This document shows positions 25,411 to 36,667 of a stretch of 64,000 nt of DNA, piece by piece. Every line of letters begins with the position of its first letter. The stretch's first letter is position 1. The notes beneath the pieces are model-generated. The model searched no databases, was not told where the DNA came from, and saw only the letters and a program-made list of their open reading frames with translations. Origin of the DNA: Epiperipatus broadwayi (lineage: Eukaryota; Animalia; Onychophora); NCBI GenBank assembly GCA_028023455.1, contig JAQFVV010000011.1, forward strand, positions 1,674,001 to 1,738,000. Direction: 5' to 3'. Position numbers and translations under genes: made by a program.

Positions 25411-28400
25411 TTAACATTTAATGATAGATGATGAAAATAGTCCAACATATCACATAATCTTTCTCTCTCTTTTTTTAAAAGTTATAATTGCCTCACTCAT
25501 TTATGAGTCTAATAAAGAGTTTTTATTGCATTTTTACACAATTAAAATTGTCTTATCTTTTTTATACACAAAATATTTTATTATCTATCGAATAAAGCTT
25601 TTTTTATCAGTACTTTTTTTATATCCTTTCAATATATTCTCCACTAATAACTTCTTATTCATTACTTCAATTCCTGTCAAATGTCTAAGATCGAGCTTTA
25701 TACCAACAGAAGTGTTTTACTTTATTATATATTAAAACAAATCTACTTTTTTTCCACTGCATTTCTTTTTTAACAACCATATATATATATAGCTCATATT
25801 TGATAATCCTCAGCTTGTTTATCGTTCTGTATATATCTTTTTCAGTATTTACATTTTTAAATTTATTCTTCTTCGCTATTTGTTATGGCATTGTTCCAGA
25901 GGATATTTTCTTTGCTGTTTAGCCTTGTTATATATTACCATTCATCTGCCCTGTATAGTTAAGTGTAGGGGTTAGAATGGCTTACTGTGGAATCCAAGAT
26001 CCATGGATTGTGGCCTAGCTGTCACTTCAACTGCTGAAACGTGTGAACTCCCAAGCAACCAACCATTAATTACACTTTTGCAGCAGTACCCCTTTAATTT
26101 ATTAATAGTTTTTTTTTTTTTAATTGTCTCAGAAATTCTTTTGCTCTTAATTAATTTAGCTGCTGAGCGAACAAATAATCTGTCCCATTTTCAGGACGTG
26201 GACATGTATAGCATTTTAAAAATAATTTCTGAATTTTTGAATTTTTCTATATGCAATATATGAATCACACAATGTGTTTTAATTAGTATTAGTTTTTAGA
26301 ATTATGATTAAAATTTTAATATTAATTTTATTTAGCAAAGTAAATATTATAAATGCTAACAAAAATAATGAAGTATATGCTTTCTATCTTATTTAATAGA
26401 GAGACTAACGAAAGAGAACTAGACTAATCTATTTCAAATTTTATTAGAAATCAGGCAGCCAGAATCAGGAATTCAATTTCAGTTGAGTTTGTTTGCGAAC
26501 TTTCTAAAATACTTTACAAATCTCTCATGTGCCCCCCCCCCCACTCCCCGCCGCTATAATCATTTTTATTATTATTGAAGAAACAGCTGTGCCGAACACA
26601 AAGGTAACTATTTTTTGCTTATTCAGATTTAAAGAGTATTGTTAATAATAAAATGCAATTTTAAAACTAGTAAAATAGACTTCATTTACCAATTCTGTGT
26701 TCTTTTATAATTTGAAAATAATAACTATTATATATCATCTTTCACTATACATAAGAAATAAAATCATGATCTATTTTTTTTAAAGGGTCTGGAAGTCCAT
26801 TAAAAATTATAGATAAAAACAATTCAATGATTGTTAATGGCAGAAGTATAATGTAAACCTCAAATTTTATCATTCAAAACAATCCATGCCTATTATTTGT
26901 AAAGTGTGAAGGAAGTCTGTATTTGTATTTATGGTGTGCTGGTAGAATGACAGACTAGCTGAGATCCATGGACAATAGGCCAACTCTGCTCAAACTTCTT
27001 ACAAACTTTCTAGCAATAAAACCATTAATTATTATTTTTCATATCAAAGTAATTATGTATAGTGTTTTAAATATCAAAATTAATATAAAGACTAGTGATT
27101 AGTCAATTGCAAATTTATTCATTTTTGTTTATAACAATCTCAATTTGATAACGTTTAGATTCATTAGAAAATGTGACTTGCTCACTTCTAAAAAAGTATG
27201 GTATTTCTGTTGCTTTAGAATGCTGTTTTAATGTTATTTTAAATGGTATTAGCATAGGCTTTTTTGCATAATGTAGCTGCCATCATATTGCTTTTATTTA
27301 TTTTTAAATTAAAAGATAAAATCTGAAGAGGTCAGAATCTTACATACTGCCAGTTAAGATCTAAGATCAGCCAGCTAAAATCTACAATCTTTATACTTTA
27401 TGGGGAAAAACCCAAATGATTAGAAACCATTCAATTCATTCTGATTTAGTTTACAAGCACAGCTTTTGGAGTAAAAGAAATGTGACATTTTTTGCTTGTT
27501 AATCAAATATTTTTGATTATTTTTACACACTAACTGGTTGCTTATTTATTTAAAGCAAAAGAAATACACATGTACACATTATCTTTTATTTTAGAAATAG
27601 AAGTTAATAAACTTGATTGTAATATAAAGATAATCACAGCATGTGATATTATTCAAATATAATTATAAAGCAAATATCAGATTTTAAAGCAGAATTTGAT
27701 AGATTTATCATATAACTGCATTTGTTTGTTTATATTTAAAAAAAAAACTTAAAATAAAAAAGAATTCATTCCTTTTTTGAAAGCGTTTAGACATAGCCTG
27801 TTGGTCTTATTTATAACTCAGTTTTTAAATATTTTAAAAGGACAAATGTGATTTTTTTAGAATATTATTCATTTATAAAAAAAAAATTAAAAAGAAATCA
27901 GGTCTAATTTATTGAGTTTTAGTATAAAATCAAAATTTTATATAGAACAGGAAGGTTGAGCAAGAAAATGTCAGATTTTGCAAGGACTAATTTAATTTCA
28001 TTCATAATAAACAAACTGGACAGACTTTGAAATCATGTTTTGGTATTTTATATATCTTAAAAAAATATTCATTAAAAAGTGTTTTAACCAACCTACATTT
28101 TGTGCAAACATGATGCTTCAATTCAAAGTGTGGTCTTTCACAATAGCTGCCACCATGTTCCATGTGTAGCGTTGGTTGTAAAAGATATGATGCAATGCTA
28201 AAACACAAAATATAGTTTATTCTTCAAAAGATTTCACTTTCAAGAGTGCTTCACAAGTATTTGCAGAATTAAGCACAGCATTCAAGTTCACCCTCTTCCT
28301 CTCTTTTATTTAATAAGGTAGTACAAAACTGCATCGTAACAGAACCAAGTTATAACATAAATCCATTACAATAAACCTGGATAATGAATAAAACCATGAT

Positions 28401-28943
28401 GCACACAAGTTCATACAGATGTGCCTGCAATGAATTCTCAAAATGAGTGCTTCTGTAGTTATTAGTGATGAGGTATTATTCTCAACTATGAGGGTTCCAA
28501 ATCTTCATTTAACTAAAAAAAAGGAATGGTGAGAAAATATTGGGAAACAGTTTCCCATTTAATGGCAAAATACTGTTTCAGGACCATGATTTGTCAATGG
28601 TTGGTGCAAAAAAACAATTTAAGATACGATGTGAACATTCTAAGCATGATTAGAATAAACAAAATTTAAGTCTATTTAGCTTATATATGAAATCAGATCA
28701 TAGACACTGCAGACATATATGCTACTGTTTTATCAAAAAGCACTTCCATATGGGTACCATATATTGGAGGACATATGTTCAAATGTATTTGACTTATAAA
28801 ATATTTATTTCACAATATAAAACAATCCAATTACATATTATTTTTTTTATATAATTTACATTAAATACATATTAAGAAACATTAAGTTGCCTAATTTAAA
28901 TTTTTAAAGATACGCAAATTAATATGTATAATAAAATGTTTAT

Positions 28944-29005
28944 TAAACAAGGCAAAACTCTCTCCATACAGTAGTGCCACCCTGTGCCAAACAGAGTAAT
29001 CAATG
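28944..29005 (-). repeat. Family B terminal fragment
   Basis: AAACAAGGCAAAACTC..CCATACAGTAGTGCCACCCTGTGCCAAACAGAGTAATCAATG closely matches 20244-20302. Confidence 0.85.
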
Positions 29006-29906
29006 TTTATCCAAAAGTTTGGGATACATTTTACTTGCAATTCTATATTGGCCCAATTTCATCATCTAGTAATAACTGTTTAAAGTTTTTTTTAAAAAAA
29101 TTCAAACCTTATTGAAACTTTTCATTATTAATAAATAGCATATAGGTTATTACATAATATAGTGTTTTGAATATTCTTCTTTTCTCTTCTTTGAGTGCTG
29201 TTGGACTGATCAGTGATAATACTAAGATGCTTTCTATTGACTGTTAACTAACCTCATTTTAAATTCAGTATTAATGAATATAAAAGTCCCTGGCTTGATT
29301 CCTTCGCTAGTATTATCATGGCGGCACTAAGAACACCTGAAGCCGAGAGGAGAACGATACCACTTGAAATGTTATATTATATACTAATCTGTGTGCCATT
29401 ACTAATGACTGAATTTATTTAAAAAGTTTATATACAATTTGATTTTTATCTAAAAGATTAAAATTAATAGAAGATGAAAATAGCCCAATGCATATTTAAT
29501 TATCGTAAATAGATTAATCATCCATTCATCCATCTATATAGGTATTCTAATTTTAATAAGTCAATAAACAAACAACAATTATTAAATATGTATTCATGAA
29601 AATATATAACCATCTAATGGAGATATTAACCCCATGAGAAATTAATAATAATAGTTTACAAGTCAAATTCTAATAAAATCATTTTTAAAAACTTGTATAT
29701 AACATTCACTTTCAATCTATTAGACAAAAAAAAAAGGAGGCTATCTTTTGTTTAACTAAAAGACGATTACTAATACGAAAAAGTGAATTTTATTTTAAAA
29801 TTTGTTAAAATGATTCTACTGGATATTTTTGCAGTATAATTTTCACTACATGACCCTCACACAGTAATACATCAATCAAACAGTAGTAATTGGCTATCTT
29901 TATATA

Positions 29907-30270
29907 AACCACTAAACATCACATGATCACCATTTCTTATGCTTGCTCATACTTGTTATTAAAACAGGTAAAAACTCTCCATACAGTAGTGCTACTCTGT
30001 ACAAGCCAGAGTAATCAATGGATGCCAGAAGGCTTGTGCATAAAATCCCTATCCAGTGCCTACTCATCCAATATCCCCAGACTAGTTTCTAGCTTGTGCA
30101 GTGCTGTCAGATCCAAGGCTCCTCACTGTCGCACAAGCTAGAAACTAGTCTGGGGATATTGGATGAGTAAGCACTAGCTAGGGATTTTATGCACAAGCCT
30201 TCTGGCATCCATTGATTACTCTGGCTTGCACTAAATGGCACTACTGTATGGAGAGTTTTGCCTGTTTTTT
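29907..30270. mobile_element. HHR family B fold-back element (copy B4), both cores deleted
   Basis: Tail plus inverted arms 29961-30098 / 30130-30268; TSD CTATCTTTAT(A/G)TA at 29894-29906 and 30271-30283; both arms retain GAAACTAGTC but lack an intact CTGANGA. Confidence 0.9.
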
Positions 30271-30300
30271 CTATCTTTATGTACTGAACAATAATAAAGT

Positions 30301-30540
30301 TATGTGTAAAACATTATGATCTGGGCCAACTGATGAGTGCTGGTTCAGCGTAAAATGTGCATCTTAGAATCATATATCTTTTTCAAATGTGTTTTGTCAT
30401 ATGTTTATGATTACACTCCTCCATAAGGTGTTAAAAGCAGATAAAAACAGTCATTTTCAATGTAGTGAAAATTACACTACAGAAATATTATACATTAAAT
30501 GGATAACCTCTAATTTAATAAATGACTAATAAAAATTATT
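30301..30540 (+). mobile_element. HHR family C2 copy, degenerate core (G12A) at 30326-30366
   Basis: CCAA-CTGATGA-GTGCTG-GTT-CAGCGT-AAAA-TGTGCA-TC-TTAG; body aligns to 52140-52392. Confidence 0.85.
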
Positions 30541-30633
30541 ATTATTCCATCGGAGTCTGAGCTGTGAATTATTATTAAGGTTTTAGTTTGTCTATAAAAT
30601 TATATATATATATATAAAAGGCATATGGCTTTA

Positions 30634-30855
30634 TTGCTCGGGAGTTCATAAGAAGTTTGAGCACCAGGTGTGCGAGTACCAGAATCAATCCTGGAACCTC
30701 CTGATCCCATGTCTGATGCTTTCCAAACTACACCTAACTGTGTAGGGCAAAAAAAGATCCACAGATTTTTGCTAGAGAGTTCATAAGAAGTTTAAGCATC
30801 AGATTCTATCCTGGGACTTCCGATCCCAAGACAGACGCTCTACCAATTATGTCAA
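30634..30855 (-). mobile_element. Two adjacent tRNA-derived SINE-like copies (TGG-loop family)
   Basis: 30769-30855 minus: TGACATAATTGGTAGAGCG-TCTGT-CTTGGGA-TCGGA-AGTCCCAGGATAGAATC followed by tail ..AAACTTCTTATGAACTC; 30634-30733 is a more decayed copy. Confidence 0.65.
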
Positions 30856-31977
30856 TATATATGCATTCATTTTTTAAATTAAATCATAGTAATATATTAC
30901 ATTTAAAAAATTAATATTAATTATGCATGCATTCAGCAAATTGTGAAGTGTTGTTAACAATAGTAACCGAGATTTTCAAATGTTTTAATGTGAGAAAATT
31001 GATCTAGGTTAGATAATCAAATTTGAATTTTTGCATTATCCTTAAGAATATAATTAAAATGGATATACACTGCATTGCTTCATTATAACTTTACTATGAA
31101 TCAGATTTATTTATTTTTTAAGTACTTGTTTATATCTCAGAGGCTAAATGATTCTGTCTGCATGGTTTGGTAAAATGGCAGAACATAAGACCCTGGAGTT
31201 CAATTCCATTTATCCAGCTCTAATTCAGTATTCAAACCTTTTCTGAATTTCCAAGCAAAAAAAACATTCAATTATTTTCTTTAATGGTTAGAATGATATA
31301 TAAGATGTTCTAAATATATTTAGACATATACGGTATAAGTAGGGTTAACTTAATTTTTATGTAAAAGACTAGAATATAAAACTCACTATTGGAGTAGCAA
31401 TTGATTGCTTTTATTAGAAATTCTAATTGCTGATATATTTTATGCCAGAGTTTGTCTACCCCCCCCACCCACACACTTGGTATATAATTTTAATTAATAT
31501 AGAATTCAAATTGCATGGTAAAAAAAAAATATTTCGCCATATCCAAAGGATAAAAATATTTTTATAATTATCAAATTATGGTATAGTTTTCAAATAATTT
31601 TTTTAAAAAAACTTTACATTATGCTTATTTCACAATAAATATATATTCCAAACTTTAAATTAATTGTTTAAATTCAGCCAATTTGATAGTTATTATCAAA
31701 TCATTTGAACTATAGTTCCTTTTTTTCTATAGTTCTCTTTAAGAGAGGGGGTGGTGGAGTATTTCTGAAAAAAGACCATAGAAAAATAACAGAATAGTTT
31801 GATATAATTATTAAATTGGGTGAATTTAAACAAAGTAATTTATAGTTTGAAATATGTCTTTATAATTGATATATTAATATTCACATAAATGTTCTGGACA
31901 TTTATACAAAAAAAAATTTATTCATGCTTAGCATAATATAAATGTTCTGGATATTTATAGAGAATAAGTGATGCCAT

Positions 31978-32049
31978 GCTTTGGTGGCCTAGCGGTTAGC
32001 ATAGCTGCCTTCGAAGCAGCTGGCCCGGGTTCGCTTCCCGGTCAACGCT
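31978..32049 (+). pseudogene. tRNA-Gly(TCC)-derived sequence with TCG anticodon (SINE-like copy 2)
   Basis: GCTTTGGTGGCCTAGCGGTTAGCATAGCTGCC-TTCGAA-GCAGCTGGCCCGGGTTCGCTTCCCGGTCAACGC is colinear with the metazoan tRNA-Gly-TCC pattern; acceptor mismatch, A58 replaced by C, followed by TGGCAT and an A-run. Confidence 0.8.
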
Positions 32050-32237
32050 TTGGCATATAAAAAAAAGTAGTCTCTATATTTTTTTTCTGATAACAGGTAG
32101 ATATTCAACTCAGCTAAGCAAACCGAATTGATTAGTAAATGGGTATTCAATTATTGTCGGATAGAAATAAAAGTTATAAGATAATCTAGATTCATAAGAT
32201 GAATATCAACAGACCATAAAACAAAATGCAATCATTT

Positions 32238-32241
<4 letters not shown>

Positions 32242-32334
<93 letters not shown>

Positions 32335-32352
32335 AAAATAATAATAATAATA
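32242..32352. repeat. (AAT)n microsatellite interrupted by poly(A)
   Basis: About 27 AAT units, an A-run, then 4-5 more units. Confidence 0.98.
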
Positions 32353-32600
32353 AAAAGATCATTAGAAAAAAGGACTGATGATAACCAGACTCTTAATAAC
32401 TCAAATAACAGAAGAGAATACGATAAAAGGATATAGAAATAAATAAAAAATATATGATAATAATTAATGGTGAACTAAGACAAGGTAAATTTTATTAATC
32501 TTCCATTCAGTCTTATGACTGACCTATAAGTGCCAAATTTCCTGGAGTCCTCTGACACATTCACATTATGCTAAAGATTATATCACTTTTAGCACAGATA

Positions 32601-32672
32601 TAAATTTTAACGCTAACAAAGATTCAGGCAGAGATACAAATTTTAACGCTAACAAAGATTAAGGCAGAGATA
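32601..32672. repeat. 37-bp tandem duplication
   Basis: AAATTTTAACGCTAACAAAGATT(C/A)AGGCAGAGATA occurs twice. Confidence 0.9.
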
Positions 32673-33039
32673 TGTCTTGGAGATTATTTGCCTTCTTAAT
32701 ATGTCTTTATTCATATGGTATAAGAAAGGTAAACTGAAAAGATTTTAATTCTAACATATATAGGAAACACTCAATATAAGCAAATGAAATACTGCCTTAA
32801 AAATAACAATAAATAAGTTTTGCAGTGACTATACAAATTAATCTATGAACCACAAATACCTTTATATACCACACATACAAACATGTTTCAATATTCTGTT
32901 TACTTATTTTACAATGTTGTTCTTTCAGTTTGTTAAACAGAAAAGTTTTCTTTTTTGAAATACTTCATTACCATATCTAATTTTAGTTCTCCAATGCATT
33001 CTACTCTCTGTCATATCTTGTCAATAGAAACAATTAACA

Positions 33040-33342
33040 TTACACTTCTTTAGCTTTGAGATAATCCTTATAACATAGATGAGATCTACCTCTCTTATGA
33101 AACACATGTTCAAGTGTGCCATAAAATACCCTTTTAGAAAATCTTCCATTGTTTATTCGGTTTATATGTCTAATCCAACAAAGATGTGATTTTATGCAAC
33201 TGGACCCAATAGTGCAAGAAGTTGAAGAATATACTGCTTTGGTTTGATGATGTTGCCATCGCCATTTTTGTAAAATTTTATGGAACATCCTTAAATGAGA
33301 CTTTTCTAATGCTTTTATACTGCAATACAATAAATTAGGCAA
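33040..33342 (-). pseudogene. RTE (BovB-like) LINE C-terminal fragment
   Basis: ORF LEKSHLRMFHKIL..W..HLCWIRHINRINNGRFSKRVFYGTL..RGRSHLCYKDYLK matches the RTE pattern LRW.GH..R....RLPK.IFYG.L...R..GRP.LRYKD.LK. Confidence 0.8.
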
Positions 33343-34242
33343 AATAGCAGCTTTATATACTGCTTAATTGTAGTTATATACACACATATAATGAAGCATA
33401 TACTTGTTTTTCACTAGTCAAAGAAGATCTGATGAGGGAGAATTGCAATATTAATATGTCAATGGACTTAAAAACTGGAACAATTCACAAACAAATAAAT
33501 AAATCATTAAACTGCATTTCAGCTTAATGAGAAAATGGTGATATTCATTTATCAGCAATTGAGTACTGATTGGGAAACAATTTTATTAAAACCTCTTACT
33601 AAGCATATTAAGACTATAACTTTATCTTTCCTATTGCATTGACAAATCCATATGATATTAATATCATCTACATTCTTTATTACTTTTACAATGCTTTTTT
33701 TTACAACTTAATATGACAGTTTCGATTACCCCAGCAATCTTCTTCAGAACTTCTACTAATTAAAACTGTCATATTAGGTTGTAGAAAAAGCATTGTAAAA
33801 AAGTAATAAAGAACATACATGATATTAATATTATTAATCATGTTTTATGTATGCTTAATTATAAGCACTCACTCAGACACAAAATACAGTAAGAAAAGAG
33901 AAGCTACCAATATCTAATAAAGAAAAAGTATGTTATGTCATATCTGAATAGGATTTCCATCTGCCCAGTCACAATACCTGCAACTGGTTTATAAATAGAG
34001 ATCACTAAAATATTATTTATATATGTCAAGTTCTTTGCTTAGAAAATAAGATACTATAATCAGTGACAACAATTGATGGTGTAAGACTGATAATACCTTC
34101 CACAATCTTGAGCCATTTTATTCCAACCTCTCAAAATATTGAGTCATACCTCCTAAACTTTAAAAATATGCCTTTAGTATCCTTAAGAGCATGACAACTA
34201 CCTTATCAGTATTAAAGGCTATATATATATATATATATATAT

Positions 34243-34483
34243 ATATTCACTAGAATAAAAACTACAAAATTTTAAAAAATGCCTGTATAAAATTAAAGAT
34301 TAAAATTCTTTGCTATAGCTAGCTTCGGTATATTCCACCATCTTAAGTAGCAATCCGTTAATATTTAACGGATTGCTACTTAAGATGGTGGAATATACCG
34401 AAGCTAGCTATAGCAAAGAATTTTAATCTTTAATTTTATACAGGCATTTTTTAAAATTTTGTAGTTTTTATTCTAGTGAATAT
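34243..34483. mobile_element. Perfect 241-bp palindrome (119-bp arms, TAT loop) carrying a mutated hammerhead in each arm
   Basis: Arms 34243-34361 / 34365-34483 with no mismatch seen; flanked by (TA)n; plus strand 34373-34416 reads TTGCTA-CTTAAGA-T-GGT-GGAATAT-ACC-GAA-GCTAGC-TA^TAGCAA. Confidence 0.9.
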
Positions 34484-34837
34484 TGTTATTATACTTATAT
34501 TATTTGATTTTATATATATATATATATATATTGTAACCCCTTCAATCTACACCTATATCACCTTACACACATATAAATGCCCAGGTGCCAATTCTATACA
34601 AGATAGAATAAAATTTATAATTTACGTTGTATCTCTAATTATGGATAAGACTCTTATTATAGTATTAATCTACAGCTAGGCTCAGTTGGGGATCATAGGG
34701 GCTCGTGGATGAGAGAAGCATTTATAAATAATAGTTATATAATTGTATTTTTATATTGGACTATTTCCATCATCTAATATGTGTGTTAAATGTCTTTAGA
34801 AGAGTTTAATTTTTAGTTAAATATTCCAAATGCATTC

Positions 34838-34955
34838 AACTGTTAGTAATATCACAGCAAACAGGTTAGTATATGCACCAACTGTTAATAATATCACAGC
34901 AAACAAATGTTAATAATATCACAGCAAACAGGTTAGCATATGCACTAACTGTTAT
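34838..34955. repeat. Short minisatellite (25/42-bp units)
   Basis: TGTTA(G/A)TAATATCACAGCAAACA occurs three times, with GGTTAG.ATATGCAC.AAC spacers after two copies. Confidence 0.9.
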
Positions 34956-35342
34956 AATGTTTATTTAGTTATACTATAGACACTTATTTAAGTTATCGAA
35001 AGAAAGCAATTCATGGATTAAATCAAGAATCATGATATGTTCAATTCTCCCACCATCCAAATACATGCTAGACCAATCACGCCACTCATCTAATATGTTT
35101 GGGGATCACTGTAACAATAATCAATCTACAGACATTTGATTTAGATTGCACAGCTATAACAATGTTTATTTAAATGATGAAATAATCTCAGGGCTCTATT
35201 ATATGAATAATAAGTCAATCCTATTATAAGATGATTATTAAGTAATGAGGATTGATGTGAAACTGACAATTATTGCAATGAAATAAAGGATAGATAATGA
35301 TAGAGATCGGGTGCATTTTTATCTCACATCACCATCTATTTC

Positions 35343-35553
35343 AAACAAGGTAAATTCTATATCTTGGCATTTTACAATGTTTGGATCAATTAATTCAGTA
35401 TTATTTAAGTAAAAGGCATATACTATTAAACTGATAAGTAATACAGTTTTTAAACAAGGTAAAATCTATATCTTGGCATTATACAATGTTTCGGATCAAT
35501 TAATTCCGTGTTATCCAGATAGATTGCATATACTATTAAAGTGATAAGTATTA
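35343..35553. repeat. Diverged ~109-bp tandem duplication
   Basis: AAACAAGGTAAA.TCTATATCTTGGCATT.TACAATGTTT..GATCAATTAATTC..GCATATACTATTAAA.TGATAAGTA.TAC occurs twice. Confidence 0.85.
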
Positions 35554-35759
35554 CCATTAGATTATGTTGAACATATGTGTGTGTGTGTGGAAATTGTCAA
35601 TCGAACGTATATGATAAAATAACTCAGACGTAATCTTACTTCCACAAACATTTATTACAAGACACATTCTTTTACAAACACATTGATGATGATTAACATT
35701 AATTTCACATTAAGTACAAACTTGACTAAACAACATTTAAATTACATAAATCCTATACA

Positions 35760-36667
35760 ATAACTGAAACACACAGGCTTATTATATACCTGTGTCTATG
35801 TAATATATAGGGTATATGACACAGACTTTCACACGACGCACCACTCTCCACACTATCTCATAACACTGATACACTCGAACACATATATGTTGAAAAGATA
35901 AATAATCACCAATATACGTATTTCATGCTAAACCAGCAATCATCAGTTGGTCCAGATTACCATCTCTACACATATATGCTATAAGTGCTCAGATATATAT
36001 TAAGATAGCCAAACCTCATACTTTAATGGACAGGCTTCAATCTACTCCACACTCCAACTCTTCAACCGTCCATTCAATTGAAAATCTGATGATGGAATGC
36101 TCAAAGGTCACCCTGAGGCCGAGATTCTTGTCACACCCATGTTGACCTAAGATCAATCTGACCCCTCATGTACAGGACATAATCCATTTAATACATATAC
36201 AAGGGATGGGCAGACATCTCTACTATGTAATAACTGAAACACACAGGCTTATTATATACCTGTGTTTATCCCTTGTATATGTATTAAATAGATTATATCC
36301 TGTACCTGAGGGGTCAGATTGACCTTAGGTCAACATGGGTGTGACAAGAATCTCAGCCTCAGGGTGGCCTTTCAGCATTCCAGCATCAGATTTTCAATTG
36401 GATGGATGTTTGAAGAGTTGGAGTGTGGAGGATTGAAACCTATCCATTAAAGTATGAGGTTTGGCTATCTTAATATATACCTGAGCATTTATAGCATATA
36501 TGTGTAGAGATGGTAATCTGGACCAACTGATGATTGCTGGATTAGCATGAAATACGTATTGGTGATTATTTATCTTTTCAACATATATGTGTTCGAGTGT
36601 ATCGGTGTTATGAGATAGTGTGGAGAGTGGTGGGTCATGCTAAAGTCTGTGCTCATATACCCTATAT
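35760..36667. mobile_element. HHR family A-I fold-back element with tail and 14-bp TSD
   Basis: Minus copy 35760-36266 (tail repeated at period 470), then an inverted plus copy 36268-36667 lacking the tail; ATAAATCCTATACA at 35746-35759 and 36668-36681. Confidence 0.93.
35908..35951 (-). ncRNA. Hammerhead ribozyme motif, family A-I (best copy)
   Basis: ACCAA-CTGATGA-TTGCTG-GTT-TAGCAT-GAAA-TACGTA-TA^TTGGT; perfect palindromic stem III ATACGTAT; U.U at 10.1/11.1. The mirror copy at 36522-36563 lacks 2 nt at the cleavage site. Confidence 0.85.

Noticed and set aside
28002-28208. Cys/His-rich ORF as piggyBac CRD or zinc finger
   Set aside because: Cys spacing does not fit either pattern and no upstream DDD domain was found.
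31978-32049. Functional tRNA-Arg(TCG) gene
   Set aside because: Body is Gly-TCC type with an acceptor mismatch, altered T-loop and SINE-like siblings; reported as tRNA-derived instead.
34838-34955. CRISPR-like array
   Set aside because: Spacers are themselves repeats, there are only three units, the context is eukaryotic and no cas genes are present.
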